From Octopus bimaculoides (taxonomy: Eukaryota): a stretch of DNA of 33,111 bases. How positions within the stretch are numbered: position 1 is the stretch's first letter; every line of letters begins with the position of its first letter. The notes beneath the pieces are model-generated. The model did not search any database and was not told the DNA's origin. It saw nothing but the letters and a program-made list of their open reading frames with translations. The position numbers were made by a program, and so were the translations under genes. Shown piece after piece: positions 22,025 to 32,926 of this stretch. The stretch lies in NCBI RefSeq assembly GCF_001194135.2, contig NC_068985.1, forward strand, positions 53,554,696-53,587,806. Reading direction: 5' to 3'.

Positions 22025-22238
22025 TAGGAGTGGGTGCTGAAAGTTCTTGGTTTTAAGGCGAAAGGCCTGGCAGGAGATCCAACCTTCCGAGTTCTTTTAC
22101 AGGGTTTAGAAAAATTGAAGGACCGCTGCAATAAGTGCATGAATCTGAGAGAGGAATATGTTGAATAAAATCATAATTAACTGATCCTCCTGTATTTGCT
22201 TTTACCCAAAGCCAGGAACTCTTCAGCACCGCCTCTTA
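22025..22238 (+). mobile_element. Mariner-derived MITE with TA target-site duplication
   Basis: TA-ggagtgggtgctgaaagttcttggtttt ... aaagccaggaactcttcagcaccgcctct-TA inverted ends. The interior retains the transposase C-terminus QGLEKLKDRCNKCMNLR. Confidence 0.8.
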
Positions 22239-22633
22239 TTTTTATCAACTACAAAAAGACAATGTTGAACTAGGCGGCGGGATTGAACTGAGAACGATTA
22301 CATAAGAACTTAAAACAATTAGCAAAAACGTGGTATATGTTACCAAGTGATGGTCGCTTGCAAGTGACGGCTATGATTTTTGAGGGTTTATTATTATTAT
22401 TATTTTTTTACTAGGAAATATAGAAGTTTTCATGAGTAAATGACGAGGTTGTTCTTTTGTCCTCTTTCATTTAAAGTTGTTCTCAATCTCTCATTCTATT
22501 CCTACTTCCTTTGTTTCTTGGAAAAAAAATTAAAACAATTTTATTAAAAATTTCTGTAAAAATATATTTATTTATCTATTTATTTTGGCGAGAGTTTATT
22601 TCTATAAAAATTCATTTAATATTTTATATTTTT

Positions 22634-22895
22634 CTTTTACTTGTTACAGTCATGGGACTGACTACGGTTATGCTGGGGCACCACCGTCAATGGATTAGTC
22701 GAAAAATCGACCCCGGTATTTAATTATGTATTAAACATGGTATTTATTCTATCGACCTTTTCTTGCCGAACTGCTAAATTACGTGGGCGTAAACAAACTG
22801 GCTGTGAACTTGTGGAGCAGCAGGTAAATAAAAAGACACCCGCACACACATATAAACACACTCACCCACACCACCACCATCTTCACCACACACAC

Positions 22896-22975
<80 letters not shown>

Positions 22976-22981
22976 GCAGGC

Positions 22982-23015
<34 letters not shown>

Positions 23016-23573
23016 GGACAAGTGTGGTTGTGTAGTAAGAAGTCTGTTTCCCAATCACATGGTTCCAGGTTCAGTCCCACTGCATGGCACCTTAGGCAAA
23101 AGCCTTCTACTATCGCCTTGGGTCGAAAGAAGCCTATTGTATACATACATACATACATACATACATATGCGTGTGCATGTATGTGTATGTACATATCTAT
23201 GTAAGTCTTTTTGCTTGTGTTTGTTCACCACCGCTTGAAAATCGATGTTACGTTGTTTACGACCCTGTAACTTAGCGGTTCGGCAGAAAGATACCGAGAG
23301 AATAAGTACAAGGCTTAAAAAATTAAATGCTGAGGTAGATTTGTTCGACTAAACTCTTTAAGTCAGTACCTCAGCATGTCCATAATCCAGTGACTGAAAC
23401 AAGTAAAAGATGTTATACATACATACGATTGGCTTCCATACAGTTTTTGTCTACCAAAGCATTGGGCGGTCTGAGACTAAAATACAAGATGCTCGCTCAA
23501 GGTACCGCACAGTGGGACCGAACCTGAAAACGCTTGGTTGCAAAGCGAGTTTTTGAAACTCACAGCCATGCCT
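22634..23573. mobile_element. SINE family A cluster: 3' half 22634-22800 (-), full copy 23021-23411 (+), head 23425-23573 (-)
   Basis: Each segment aligns to the family A copies at 3947 and 28174. Confidence 0.8.
22898..23014. repeat. Compound GATA/GACA microsatellite
   Basis: Directly visible. Confidence 0.95.
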
Positions 23574-24245
23574 ATGTCTATATTTAAATATGAAATTAAA
23601 AGAACAAACGTTTTCAAAGAAAAGATAAAAGAATTAATTATATGAAAATTATGCTAATAAAATAAATGCATGATAATTAATGTTATTATCAACGATTAAT
23701 TTAGCGGGGAACGAATTTGCAAGTGAATAGTTTTTTTGTTTTTTTTTGTATTTTAGATTTATATTTGTATTTTGATTTTTCATGTTGTGTTTTTTTTTTT
23801 TTTTCATCTGTCTGAAATTTAGCAGAAGTCCTTCACTACTTCCATAATTTACAGAGGAAAATTTCAAACCTAACATTAGAAATTAAGGAAATGGTTTATC
23901 GTCATTTAAGGAAACGGTTTATCATCATTTCACTACACAGTCGTGAAATATGTACATATATTTTAATATTGGTGCAACGCATTATTTACTTCATGTCATA
24001 ACTGCTGACCTTAGGAATTTTCAGTTTTGTCTACAAAGCCAGCGTATAGATAAACTCTTAAAAATGGAGCTTCGTCGTTTTCAACGATGAGCATACAGTT
24101 GTTTGATCTGCAGGACTGTTTGCTCATTGAAGTAGCATAGAAGCGTATAAGTGGTTGAGTATTTCAGTGACACATGTACCCTAAATCTAATTGGAGTGAG
24201 ACTGTCAGTGATCATGTCAATCGTAAAACGAAAATTTTGATCCCC

Positions 24246-24400
24246 CATCTCATCTCATCTTCTTCACTGACTTATTCCTGGGAGGGTAATGGGAACAGAC
24301 TCTTCAGGTGCGCCTTTCATCGGGTCTTGTCAGAAGCAACCGTCTCCAGTTGTTCCAGTTCGATCCTCAAGCGAGGCCAACCTCATGAAATGAACTTGAT
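24246..24400 (-). mobile_element. RTE-clade LINE 3' terminal fragment
   Basis: Minus frame EQLETVASDKTR*KAHLKSL is followed by a short (GATGA)n-type tail. Confidence 0.5.
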
Positions 24401-24445
24401 TTAGCGTGACAGTGTGTAACAAGACTGTATATTTTAAATTCAGAT

Positions 24446-24600
24446 ACAGGCGTGGCTGTGTGGTAAGAAGTTTGCTTCTCAACCACATGATTCTGGGTTC
24501 AGTCCCACTGGGTGACACCTTTGACAAATGTCTTCTACTGTAGCCTCGGGCCTTGTAAGTGTATTTGGTAGACGGAAACTGAAAAAAGTCCGTCGTATAT
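24446..24600 (+). mobile_element. SINE family A, 5' half
   Basis: acaggcgtggctgtgtggtaagaagtttgcttctcaaccacatgattctgggttcagtcccactg. Confidence 0.9.
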
Positions 24601-24619
24601 ACATATATATATACAACAT

Positions 24620-25418
24620 ATGTGGGAAATTCTGTCTGCGGGTGTCGTTGTGGAGTTGTTAGCTAACTCCTCCTACATCATTTTATCGATTTTGATGAAA
24701 CTTGACACGTGAGTAGAACTCATATCTTGAAACCTCATGACATACTTAGATTGTTGATAATAGGGCCCCTGGAAAGGATCCTTATATATAGCTAAGGGAA
24801 ATAACGCATTCATTTTCGTAAATTATTTGGTGAAAATGAAATTGAGCATGCTTATTTCTTAGTATTTGAACTGTTAGAGTTATTTTCGCAATTTATCTAG
24901 TACAACCCTTAAACAAGTAAATAGTATTTTCCTAAACAATCCACTTATTTCGGTTAGTGACTTATTCACGAATATTCCAACAACAGCGCCCCTGAGGGTA
25001 ATATTCTCTGGGAACGCACAAAGCCCTTTTTCAGAGTTATTTACTTTGAATTGTTATTATCTCATATCTAATTAGCTTGTTATTACGTAACATGCTTCAC
25101 TTATTAGTATTTCGCCCATGTTCTATATACTCTGGAAACGCATTAAAGCCCTTTTCAGGGCTACTTTATTTGAATTCTTACTATCAGGTAACTAATTTCA
25201 TGTTATTACATAACTGATTTCACAATTTGGGTATTCATAGCTTATTGGGAATTCCTAAAACCAGATCCTGTGTAAGACAGTTCGGTATTCTCTGTAAATG
25301 CACAAAAACCGTTTTAAGGGCTACGTAATTTGTATTGTTGTTATTGGATTAGTGAAACAATAATGAGAACGGAACCAAGAGATAAGCCCCGCTTTTCCGA
25401 GAATTACCGGGTACGTCA
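24620..25418 (+). mobile_element. Helentron/DINE-1-like non-autonomous element with internal degenerate tandem subrepeats
   Basis: 5' core tgtctg...aactcctc...atcgattttgatgaaacttgacac and 3' end accgggtacgtca (cut by the gap) resemble Helentron termini. Three related units start near 24991, 25126 and 25285. Confidence 0.55.
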
Positions 25419-25780
25419 NNNNNNNNNNNNNNNNNNNNNNNNNNNNNNNNNNNNNNNNNNNNNNNNNNNNNNNNNNNNNNNNNNNNNNNNNNNNNNNNNN
25501 NNNNNNNNNNNNNNNNNNNNNNNNNNNNNNNNNNNNNNNNNNNNNNNNNNNNNNNNNNNNNNNNNNNNNNNNNNNNNNNNNNNNNNNNNNNNNNNNNNNN
25601 NNNNNNNNNNNNNNNNNNNNNNNNNNNNNNNNNNNNNNNNNNNNNNNNNNNNNNNNNNNNNNNNNNNNNNNNNNNNNNNNNNNNNNNNNNNNNNNNNNNN
25701 NNNNNNNNNNNNNNNNNNNNNNNNNNNNNNNNNNNNNNNNNNNNNNNNNNNNNNNNNNNNNNNNNNNNNNNNNNNNNNNN

Positions 25781-25831
<51 letters not shown>

Positions 25832-26082
25832 GGATATGAGGAGTTTAGTTCACTAATGATCTAAACCAATAGGTACGCAGCGTAAGTGCTGTAATTGGTC
25901 ATCCGTTAGGTTCCATGCTCCCAGCTGAGGCTGGAGTTAGGTATCCGTAGTAGGTTTCCGAGTCAGCAGGTATATAGTAAAGGAAAGGGAAAATAAAACC
26001 TAAGCGGGACGAGCGACTCAGATCCTTTAGAATATTTAATTAGAGTAAGGTGAATCAAAAAATGAGAAGTAGAGGTAACTAA

Positions 26083-26160
26083 TGTCTTGCAGCTGTTTCT
26101 CGCGTATCCCAGGTAATGGGTCAACAACCCCAAACACTGGGTACTCTGTTATCAGAGACA
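26083..26160 (-). ncRNA. Hammerhead motif, inactivated copy (left arm of inverted repeat)
   Basis: Minus strand reads tgtct-CTGATAA-(49 nt, cccag/ctggg stem)-GAAA-CAGCTG-CA-agaca. Stem I is perfect, with G8-to-A and U16.1-to-C changes. Confidence 0.6.
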
Positions 26161-26522
26161 AGGTGTGTATGCAAGAAAGTTCCAGACAGAGAATTTATAG
26201 TATATAAAAGAATAAAACAGTAGAAAGAAGAATAAAGACAGAAGAATAATGTTCGCAGTTCATCTTGCTCCGAAGGATAGGGAGGTCTATCCATATTTCC
26301 GTGAAGGTATAGCCTCTTAAGTATCATCCCAGGTAAACTCAGGCAGTATTTTGAGTGAAGGAATAGAGTGAAGGAATAGATCAAGTAGTTAACGTGTAAG
26401 AAAAATTATTTGCATGAGTGTATAATGTGAGAGAGACAGTTGGAGAGACCAAGGCGTCGTGTGTTCTTCTATCAACTGTTTTATTCTTCTATATACTGTG
26501 AATTCTTTCCTGCATAGCACCT

Positions 26523-26602
26523 TGTCTCTGATGACGGAATACCCAGCGTATGGGGTGGGGTTGACCCATAACCCAGGATACCCTAGAAACAGCTGTACGA
26601 CA
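26523..26602 (+). ncRNA. Hammerhead motif with long stem II (right arm of inverted repeat)
   Basis: tgtct-CTGATGA-(51 nt)-GAAA-CAGCTG-TA-cgaca. Stem III is the palindrome ACAGCTGT and the triplet is GUA. Confidence 0.65.
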
Positions 26603-26710
26603 TTAATTACTTTTACTTCTTTTTTGATTCAACTTACTCTAATTAAATATTCTAAATGACCTGAGATGCTCGTCCTGCCTTGCTTTTGTTTTCTTTTTCC
26701 TATGATATAT

Positions 26711-27544
26711 GTGTGTGTGTTTTCCTCGCCTCTTGACAACTGGTGTTGGTGTATTTAGGTCTCCGTAACTTAGCGGTTCGGTGAAAGGTACTGATAAAGT
26801 AAGTACTAGGCTTTAAAAATAAGTCCTGGGATCGATTTGTTCGACTAAAAACCCTTCAAGGTGTACTCCAGCATGGCTGCAGTCAAATGAATGAGACAAG
26901 TAAAAGAGTACATTCCATCCGACAGGTTCCCGCACGTTTTTCGTTAACTCGATTTCACTTACATGACATAGGTCGACTCGAGTCTGTAAGAAACGACGCT
27001 TACCAAAATGCCTCACAGCGAAACTCAAACCAAGATTATGTGGCTGCGAAACGAATTTCTTGTCATACCCGCGCCCATAAATCCTAGGCTGTCATTGTTT
27101 CTGCCATATCTCAAAGAATTCGTTTACCAACTGGCAGAATTTGAACTCGGAACGCGCAGAGCCGTAACAAATACCTCAAGGCATCTTCTTCAATGCTATA
27201 ACATACATCAAATCCTTCACCCTTGACTGTTACTTGAGTTATAGGCCCTGAAAGGAAGTTTGGTGTGTCACTTGAGTTGGTAAATAATTACTGGTGAATA
27301 TTTCACAGACTGTGTGTTAGATTCGTAATGACCACACTAATATTAATTTCAAATTTTGGCGCAAGGCTAGTAACTTCAGAGCAGGAGGTAAGTCGATTAC
27401 AACAACGTCAGTGTTCAACTGGTATCTATTTTATCGACCCCTAAAGGATGAAAAAAGGCAAAGTTTACGTCGGCGGAATTTGAATTCAAAAGACGAGTGA
27501 AATATAGCTAAGTATTTTGCCCGGCGTGCTAAAGATTTTGCTCC
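26711..27544. mobile_element. SINE cluster: A 3' half 26711-26910 (+), A head 26915-27078 (-), B fragment about 27110-27200 (-), B 27345-27544 (-)
   Basis: Alignment to other copies in the window. Confidence 0.75.
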
Positions 27545-28173
27545 TTAATACTAATATTGGTGTTAGTTCACATACATTTTTATTTACCTGCTATTAACAT
27601 TTACCTTTACATATATACAACTATTGAATAAATAAAACAGCATTCAAAGATGTCGAATGGAGTAAATACAAATTTTCACTGTATAATATGTTAAATAGTA
27701 ATACGAACACAGTTTCATAGTTATTGATAAGAAATTAAGTAGAAAGAATGAGAATGCTTTATCACGAAGTTGACTCAGGTCGTTCAGTAAGGAAACATAG
27801 ATATTAAGATGAGAGATCATATCACGTAGCAGAGCGACAAAAGCTCCTTGTGAACTTCTGATTGGCTCTGCCTGGGTTTCAATTCACTGAATTTTTAAAA
27901 CCTCATAACGGAATTTCTAGAATGTTCGATAAGGATATTTAGTGGGAGGATTCACCAACATCCTTTGCAGTTCACCACGTCAATTGTTATAAGTCAGCCA
28001 ATGTCAACCATGTTCACGTAGGCATTTATTCCTTATTTAGAAATGCACTTATGCTGAGATTCTAAGCTAGAATTCTGAGCAAGGTGGTTTTGAATTTCGA
28101 TAGAAGCCTCGTTACAGACAAAAGGCAAAGTTGTCTAAAGTGGAATTTGAACTCAGAGCGGAAAGAAACTGAA

Positions 28174-28535
28174 CCGTGGCTGTGCGGTAAGAAGCTTGCT
28201 TCTTAACCTCATGGTTCAGGGTTCAGTCCCACTGCGTCACACTTTGGGCAAGTGTCTGCTAATGTTGCCTCGAGTCGACCGAACCTTGTGAGTGGATTTG
28301 GTAGACGGAAACTGGAAGAAGCCCGTCGTATATATATATATGTATTTGTATCTATATGTATGTGTGTTTGTATTTGTGTTTACAGCCCCGTAACTTAGCG
28401 GTTCAACGAAGGAAAATGATAGAATAAGTACCAGGCTTAACAAAAATTAAGTACTCTGGTCGAATCATTCGACAAAAAATTCTTCAGGGCGGTGCCCTAG
28501 TATGGTCGCAGGCTAATGACTGAAACAAAGAAATA
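28174..28535 (+). mobile_element. SINE family A, near full length
   Basis: Head, central module, AT/GT microsatellite and 3' module are all present. Confidence 0.9.
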
Positions 28536-28629
28536 CTGCGTGGCGTTTAATCGATGTTCTATCGTCTCTGCCAATTCGTGTAGTTTACTCAGAAATATTA
28601 AAGAAAGGAATGATTTTTACAATTAAATT

Positions 28630-28960
28630 TACCCCAGTACCTGTCCAATGCGTATTTATAGACATTAAATGGATGAAAGTCATATTCGATCTCGGTAAGA
28701 TTTGAACTTAAAATCTACAAGATCCGAAAGAAATATTGAAAGGTTTTTAAACCGGCAATCCAGCATTTCTATATTTTAACCTGTAATTAATAGACTTTTT
28801 TTTTAACATTGACAAAAGAACTAAACTGACTGGCATTTAATTGACCCAGGACGGATGCAAAGTGAAGTTCACTTCGACGTGATTTGAACTCAGATCATAA
28901 AGAATTAATCTAATGCTGCAGGACATTTTGTCCGACTCACTAAGGTTTCTTCCAATTCAC
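28630..28960 (-). mobile_element. Two highly decayed SINE family B copies
   Basis: ggatgaaagt...gatttgaact and ggatgcaaagtgaagttcacttcgacgtgatttgaactcag modules. Confidence 0.55.
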
Positions 28961-29257
28961 TACTTATGATGTTATAAATGGGAGATGTGATATGTAATAA
29001 ACAGTGTGTCCCCAGTAACGAAGACTATAGATACGTGGTTAGCTTCGGTTGCATGCGTTTCACTTCAGTCACATCCCTCCCTAAAACTCTTATGAAAGAC
29101 GTAATTGTCACATTTGCCATTCCACAGCTTGCAAAATATAGAGATTTTATCTAAAATCAAATATAAAATGGAATCTATCTGTTTAGCAAGTTACTTGTTC
29201 TTGAAGGAAATCCATCATAGAACAGCCAATTAAAAACACAACACACACATACAAAGG

Positions 29258-29433
29258 TAGCGAGCTGGTAAAATCACGAGCATGTCGAACAAAAGGTTTT
29301 GCGACGTTTATTCCGGCTTTTTACGCTCTGAGCTCAAATTCCGCCGATGTCGACCACGCCTTTCATCTCTTTCAGGATCGATAAAATAAGTACCAGTTGA
29401 GTACTGGGGACGATGTAATCGGCTAACCCCTCT
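29258..29433 (+). mobile_element. SINE family B, 3' end cut where the long inverted repeat begins
   Basis: gcgagctgg...caaattccgccgatgtcgacc...gataaaataagtaccagttgagtactgggg; the usual gccttgtgcc tail is missing. Confidence 0.85.
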
Positions 29434-31175
29434 CTGTGTGTTTGTGTGTATAATTATGTGCGTATGGATATAACTGTTTACTAAACTCCATTTTTGTTCT
29501 GCTCTGTTGTGTGATGTGAGATAAATCTTTTCTCGTAATACACTGCAGTCGTCGCTCATTGTCTTTTTCTGTCTCCGAGGAAGAAAATGCAAATCCACCC
29601 GACCAGTTTGAACTCTTGACTGGTTCTCACCAGAGACAATATAATTTTATCTTCCCACGAGGAGAAATATAGAAATATAGAAAAATAAGACACACATACA
29701 CACCTATATATAGTAATTAAAGAAAGCATGTCTGCTTCTCCGAACTAATCAAAAGACGGAAGAAAACCACAGAGTTCATATGAATTTATATGAATTAAAG
29801 TGAAGTAAAAATAGAATGCAGTAGAGAATAAGTGATGATTGGTTTATGGGTATAATTTTGGATATATATCAGTTTATTAAACCTTTTTAGCGAAATATAA
29901 CCGAGCAGTTACTGCCAGGTTTAAGATAGTTTGAAAGATAAATGTAATGATACTGAACAACTACTGAATAACGTGATAACTTAAAAAGTAGCTGATGAGA
30001 ATACATCTTAGAGTGCCTGCTGCGTGGAAAATACGTAGTAAAGGGCATACTGACATAATTTGAAGATCATTTAATATCACACATGCTGTTGAATTAATTT
30101 TAGATTAAAATGTATTTCATAAGGTGTTAAACTTTTTCATTGCACAACAGCCACATAGTCACTGAGACAGTTCCATTTCCATAAGAGTTGTAGTGGAAAC
30201 AGTTGCAGTGAGACTATGTTACTGAGCAGGTCACAGTTGTGCGACGAAAATTTTGACACCTCATGAAACATATTTTAATCTAAAGTGAATTTAACAGCTT
30301 TTATATGTTATTAAATGGCTAGAATGGCTCTTCTATGAAGTACATACAAATATGAAGCCATGAAGTTCAGTATATACAAGATGTATGGTTATGGGCATTA
30401 AACAACCACAGATCCATATGCCAGCATATTAACTCTGTAGCTGTTGTTTCATTTTGGTTTTGAGTACCACATTTAACTTTATATCCTCCATTTCTGCATA
30501 CTGTCGGGAACAAAAAACCAGATCTTGAATCTTTATATTATGTCAGTATGCCCTTTACTACGTATTTTCCACGCAGCAGGCACTCTAAGATATATTCTCA
30601 TCAGCTGCTCTTTTAAGTTATCACATCATTCAGTAGTTGTTCAGTATCATTCCATTTATCTTTCAAACTGTCTTAAACCTGGTAGTAACTGCTCGGTTAT
30701 ATTTCACTAAAAAGGTTTAATAAACTGATATATATCCAAAATTATACCCATAAACCAATCTTCACTCATTCTCTACTGCATTCCATTTTTACTTCACTTT
30801 AATTCATATAAATTCATATGAACTCTGTGGTTTTCTTCCGTCTTTTGATTAGTTCGGGGCAGCAGACACGCTTTCTTTAGTTACTATATATAGATGTGTG
30901 TGTGTGTCTTATTTTTCTATTTTTCTATATTTCTTCTCGTGGGAAGATCAAATTATATTGTCTCTGGTGAGAACCAGTCAAGAGTTCAAACTGGTCGGGT
31001 AGATTTGCATTTTCTTCCTCGGAGACAGAAAGAGACAATGAGCGACGACTGCAGTGTATTACGAGAAAAGATTTATCTCACATCACACAACAGAGCAGAA
31101 CACAAACGGAATTTAGTAAACAGTTATATCCATACGCCCATAATTACACACACACACATACACACACACACACAG
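29434..31175. repeat. Long inverted repeat (arms 29434-30059 and 30537-31175, spacer about 477 bp)
   Basis: Arms align over about 630 bp as reverse complements, roughly 90-95% by eye. The two provided ORFs DLHFLPRRQK.TMSDDCSVLREKIYLTSHNRAE occur on opposite strands. Confidence 0.95.
30071..30314. mobile_element. MITE-like fold-back element inside the spacer of the long inverted repeat
   Basis: About 78-bp imperfect inverted termini at 30071-30148 and 30236-30314, beginning and ending with TTAA. An inner acatagtc/gactatgt stem is also present. Confidence 0.65.
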
Positions 31176-31235
31176 GTATAATAGGTACACATATTAATGT
31201 GTGTACATATATGTGCGTGTCTACGTATGCGTTTA

Positions 31236-31399
31236 TTAGATTCGTTAGTACGCTGGGAAAAATGCTTAGCGGCATTTCGTCCATCTTTACCTTCTGAGTT
31301 CAAATTCCGCTGGCGTCGACTTTGACTTTCATTCTTTCGAGATCGATGAAATTTGTCCCACAACCCCAAATTTCAGGTCTTGTGCCTATAGTAGAAAAG
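31236..31399 (+). mobile_element. SINE family B with internal deletion
   Basis: gcttagcggcatttcgtcc...gagttcaaattccg...caaatttcaggtcttgtgcctatagtagaaa. Confidence 0.85.
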
Positions 31400-31403
31400 T
31401 TTA

Positions 31404-32600
31404 TTGTTGATGCTTTGATTCCGGTTCGTTCTTAGCCCTGGTAGAATTTACGTGGGTAGCGGCTTACTACCTGTAATCTTAGTTATCCCCAAGCTTTCAA
31501 TAGTCTTTCAAATGCTTAAGATCCTTTTGATAATCTTTCCTCTGCCTATGAGGCAAACTTTCTGTAGGAGCTCTACAAAACATTGTATTTCAATCGCCTT
31601 CAACTATTTGTCTATATCTTTACTTAGAGATCCCAATGCTCCAATTATTACAAGCACAACCTTTACAGTTTTCATACTCCAAATACTTGCAATTTCAAAC
31701 TTTAAGGGATTGTATTTTTGTTTGTTTTTTCATCCTCACGCTTTATAATACTGGAATCAAACGGACATGATAGATCAACTAGTAAGCAACTTCGCTTTTC
31801 CTTGTCTATTATTATTTTGTCTGGTCTATTATTTTCTAGCTTCTTATCTGTTTGAATTGGAAAATCCCATAAAATTTTACATTTCTCCGACTCCAACACT
31901 CTTTTGACCCGTACCATGTACCTCCAGCTTCAAATCCCTATTTCTGACAAAGCATCCAGTGTAAAACTTTTACAACTTGGTCATGCCTCTATTTCTTATA
32001 TTCTTCCTGTACCATCTAGGGACATTCTGCAACAATCTGTGCCACTGTCTCATTCCAAATACCACACAGTCTACATTTTTCTGACACATTCTCCCCATAT
32101 ACATATTTTCTCAAGTTGTTTGTTTTTATCGCTTGAACTTGAGCTGTTATAACTGGGCTCTTTGCTTCTTTTTTTTTAATTGCCTCTTTTTTAACCAAGC
32201 CCAGGAGTTTGATCCACAAACATCTTCAGGGCTTTCCAAAACTGACAATACAAAATTTTCTTTTCAATGTTTGACATGCAATCTTTGAATTTCATTCTTA
32301 TCCTTTTCTCCTATTCTACACTTGATCACCTGATAATTATTCACTGTCTTTAATAATTTCTCTGTGCTGTTCAGTAAATATTCTAGTAGGCTTTTTCTTT
32401 CCATATGTTCACACTCTCCACAGCAATTGAGCCGCTTCCGTCATATCAGCTTTCGGAGAATAGGCTCCATACAGTGTCAACAGCTTTCTAGTTTTTCTTT
32501 TAAATTTCTGTGTCGTTTTTTATTCAATCAACAATTCCAATTACATATCTGATTACCGGTACTGCTCTTGCATTTATTGCTTCAATGACATTTTTTTAAT
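31404..32600 (-). mobile_element. R4/Dong-type (restriction-like endonuclease) non-LTR retrotransposon, 5'-truncated and decayed
   Basis: Frames EAINARAVPVIRY, ITAQVQAIKTN, CRLCGIWNETVAQIVAECP (CCHC knuckle), KILWDFPIQTD...RPD...DK...LVDLSCPFD (PD..D endonuclease) and VIIGALG. Confidence 0.9.
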
Positions 32601-32782
32601 TTAACTTTGACTATAATATTTATCTCACTCTCTTTGTATACTCCTTACTGGTATTTTGTTTTATCTCTTCATCTTTTATTTCATCTCCCTCCAGTATCCC
32701 CAAATATTTATACCACTGTCCTATTCTTCTTATTATCTTATTATTATTTTTTTTTATTTGTTGTTGTTGTTGCGGCGGCGGC

Positions 32783-32843
32783 GGCGAGCTGGCAGAAACG
32801 TTATCACGCCGGGCGAAATGCTTAGCGGTATTACGTCTGCCGT
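32783..32843 (+). mobile_element. SINE family B head, well preserved, abruptly truncated
   Basis: ggcgagctggcagaaacgttatcacgccgggcgaaatgcttagcggtattacgtctgccgt with CpGs retained, then unrelated sequence. Confidence 0.85.
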
Positions 32844-32926
32844 GAGTTTACTGGTCGGACGTGTTATTACTCGCTGCGATTTTTTTTTTTGTATAACGCC
32901 ACTATTTTTGGGTGGGCGTAGCTGAG

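Larger units (their letters stand above)
25972..26708. mobile_element. Probable Penelope-like element remnant with inverted terminal-repeat copies
   Basis: Arms about 25972-26230 and 26465-26708 are reverse complements (roughly 80% by eye) and each holds a hammerhead motif preceded by a T-rich tract. The spacer has a weak coding-like minus frame (HSKYCLSLPG). Confidence 0.55.

Noticed and set aside
6807-23204. ORFs rich in HT, CV, YI, LS and RE dipeptides
   Set aside because: Translations of microsatellites.
23885-23930. 2 x 23-bp tandem duplication
   Set aside because: Ordinary slippage duplication.
796-25839. Long ORFs full of X in the supplied track
   Set aside because: They read through N gaps; artefacts.
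29988-30046. CTGATGA...GAAAATACGTAGTA hammerhead-like match (mirrored near 30550-30606)
   Set aside because: No complementary stem I and no stem II closing pair.
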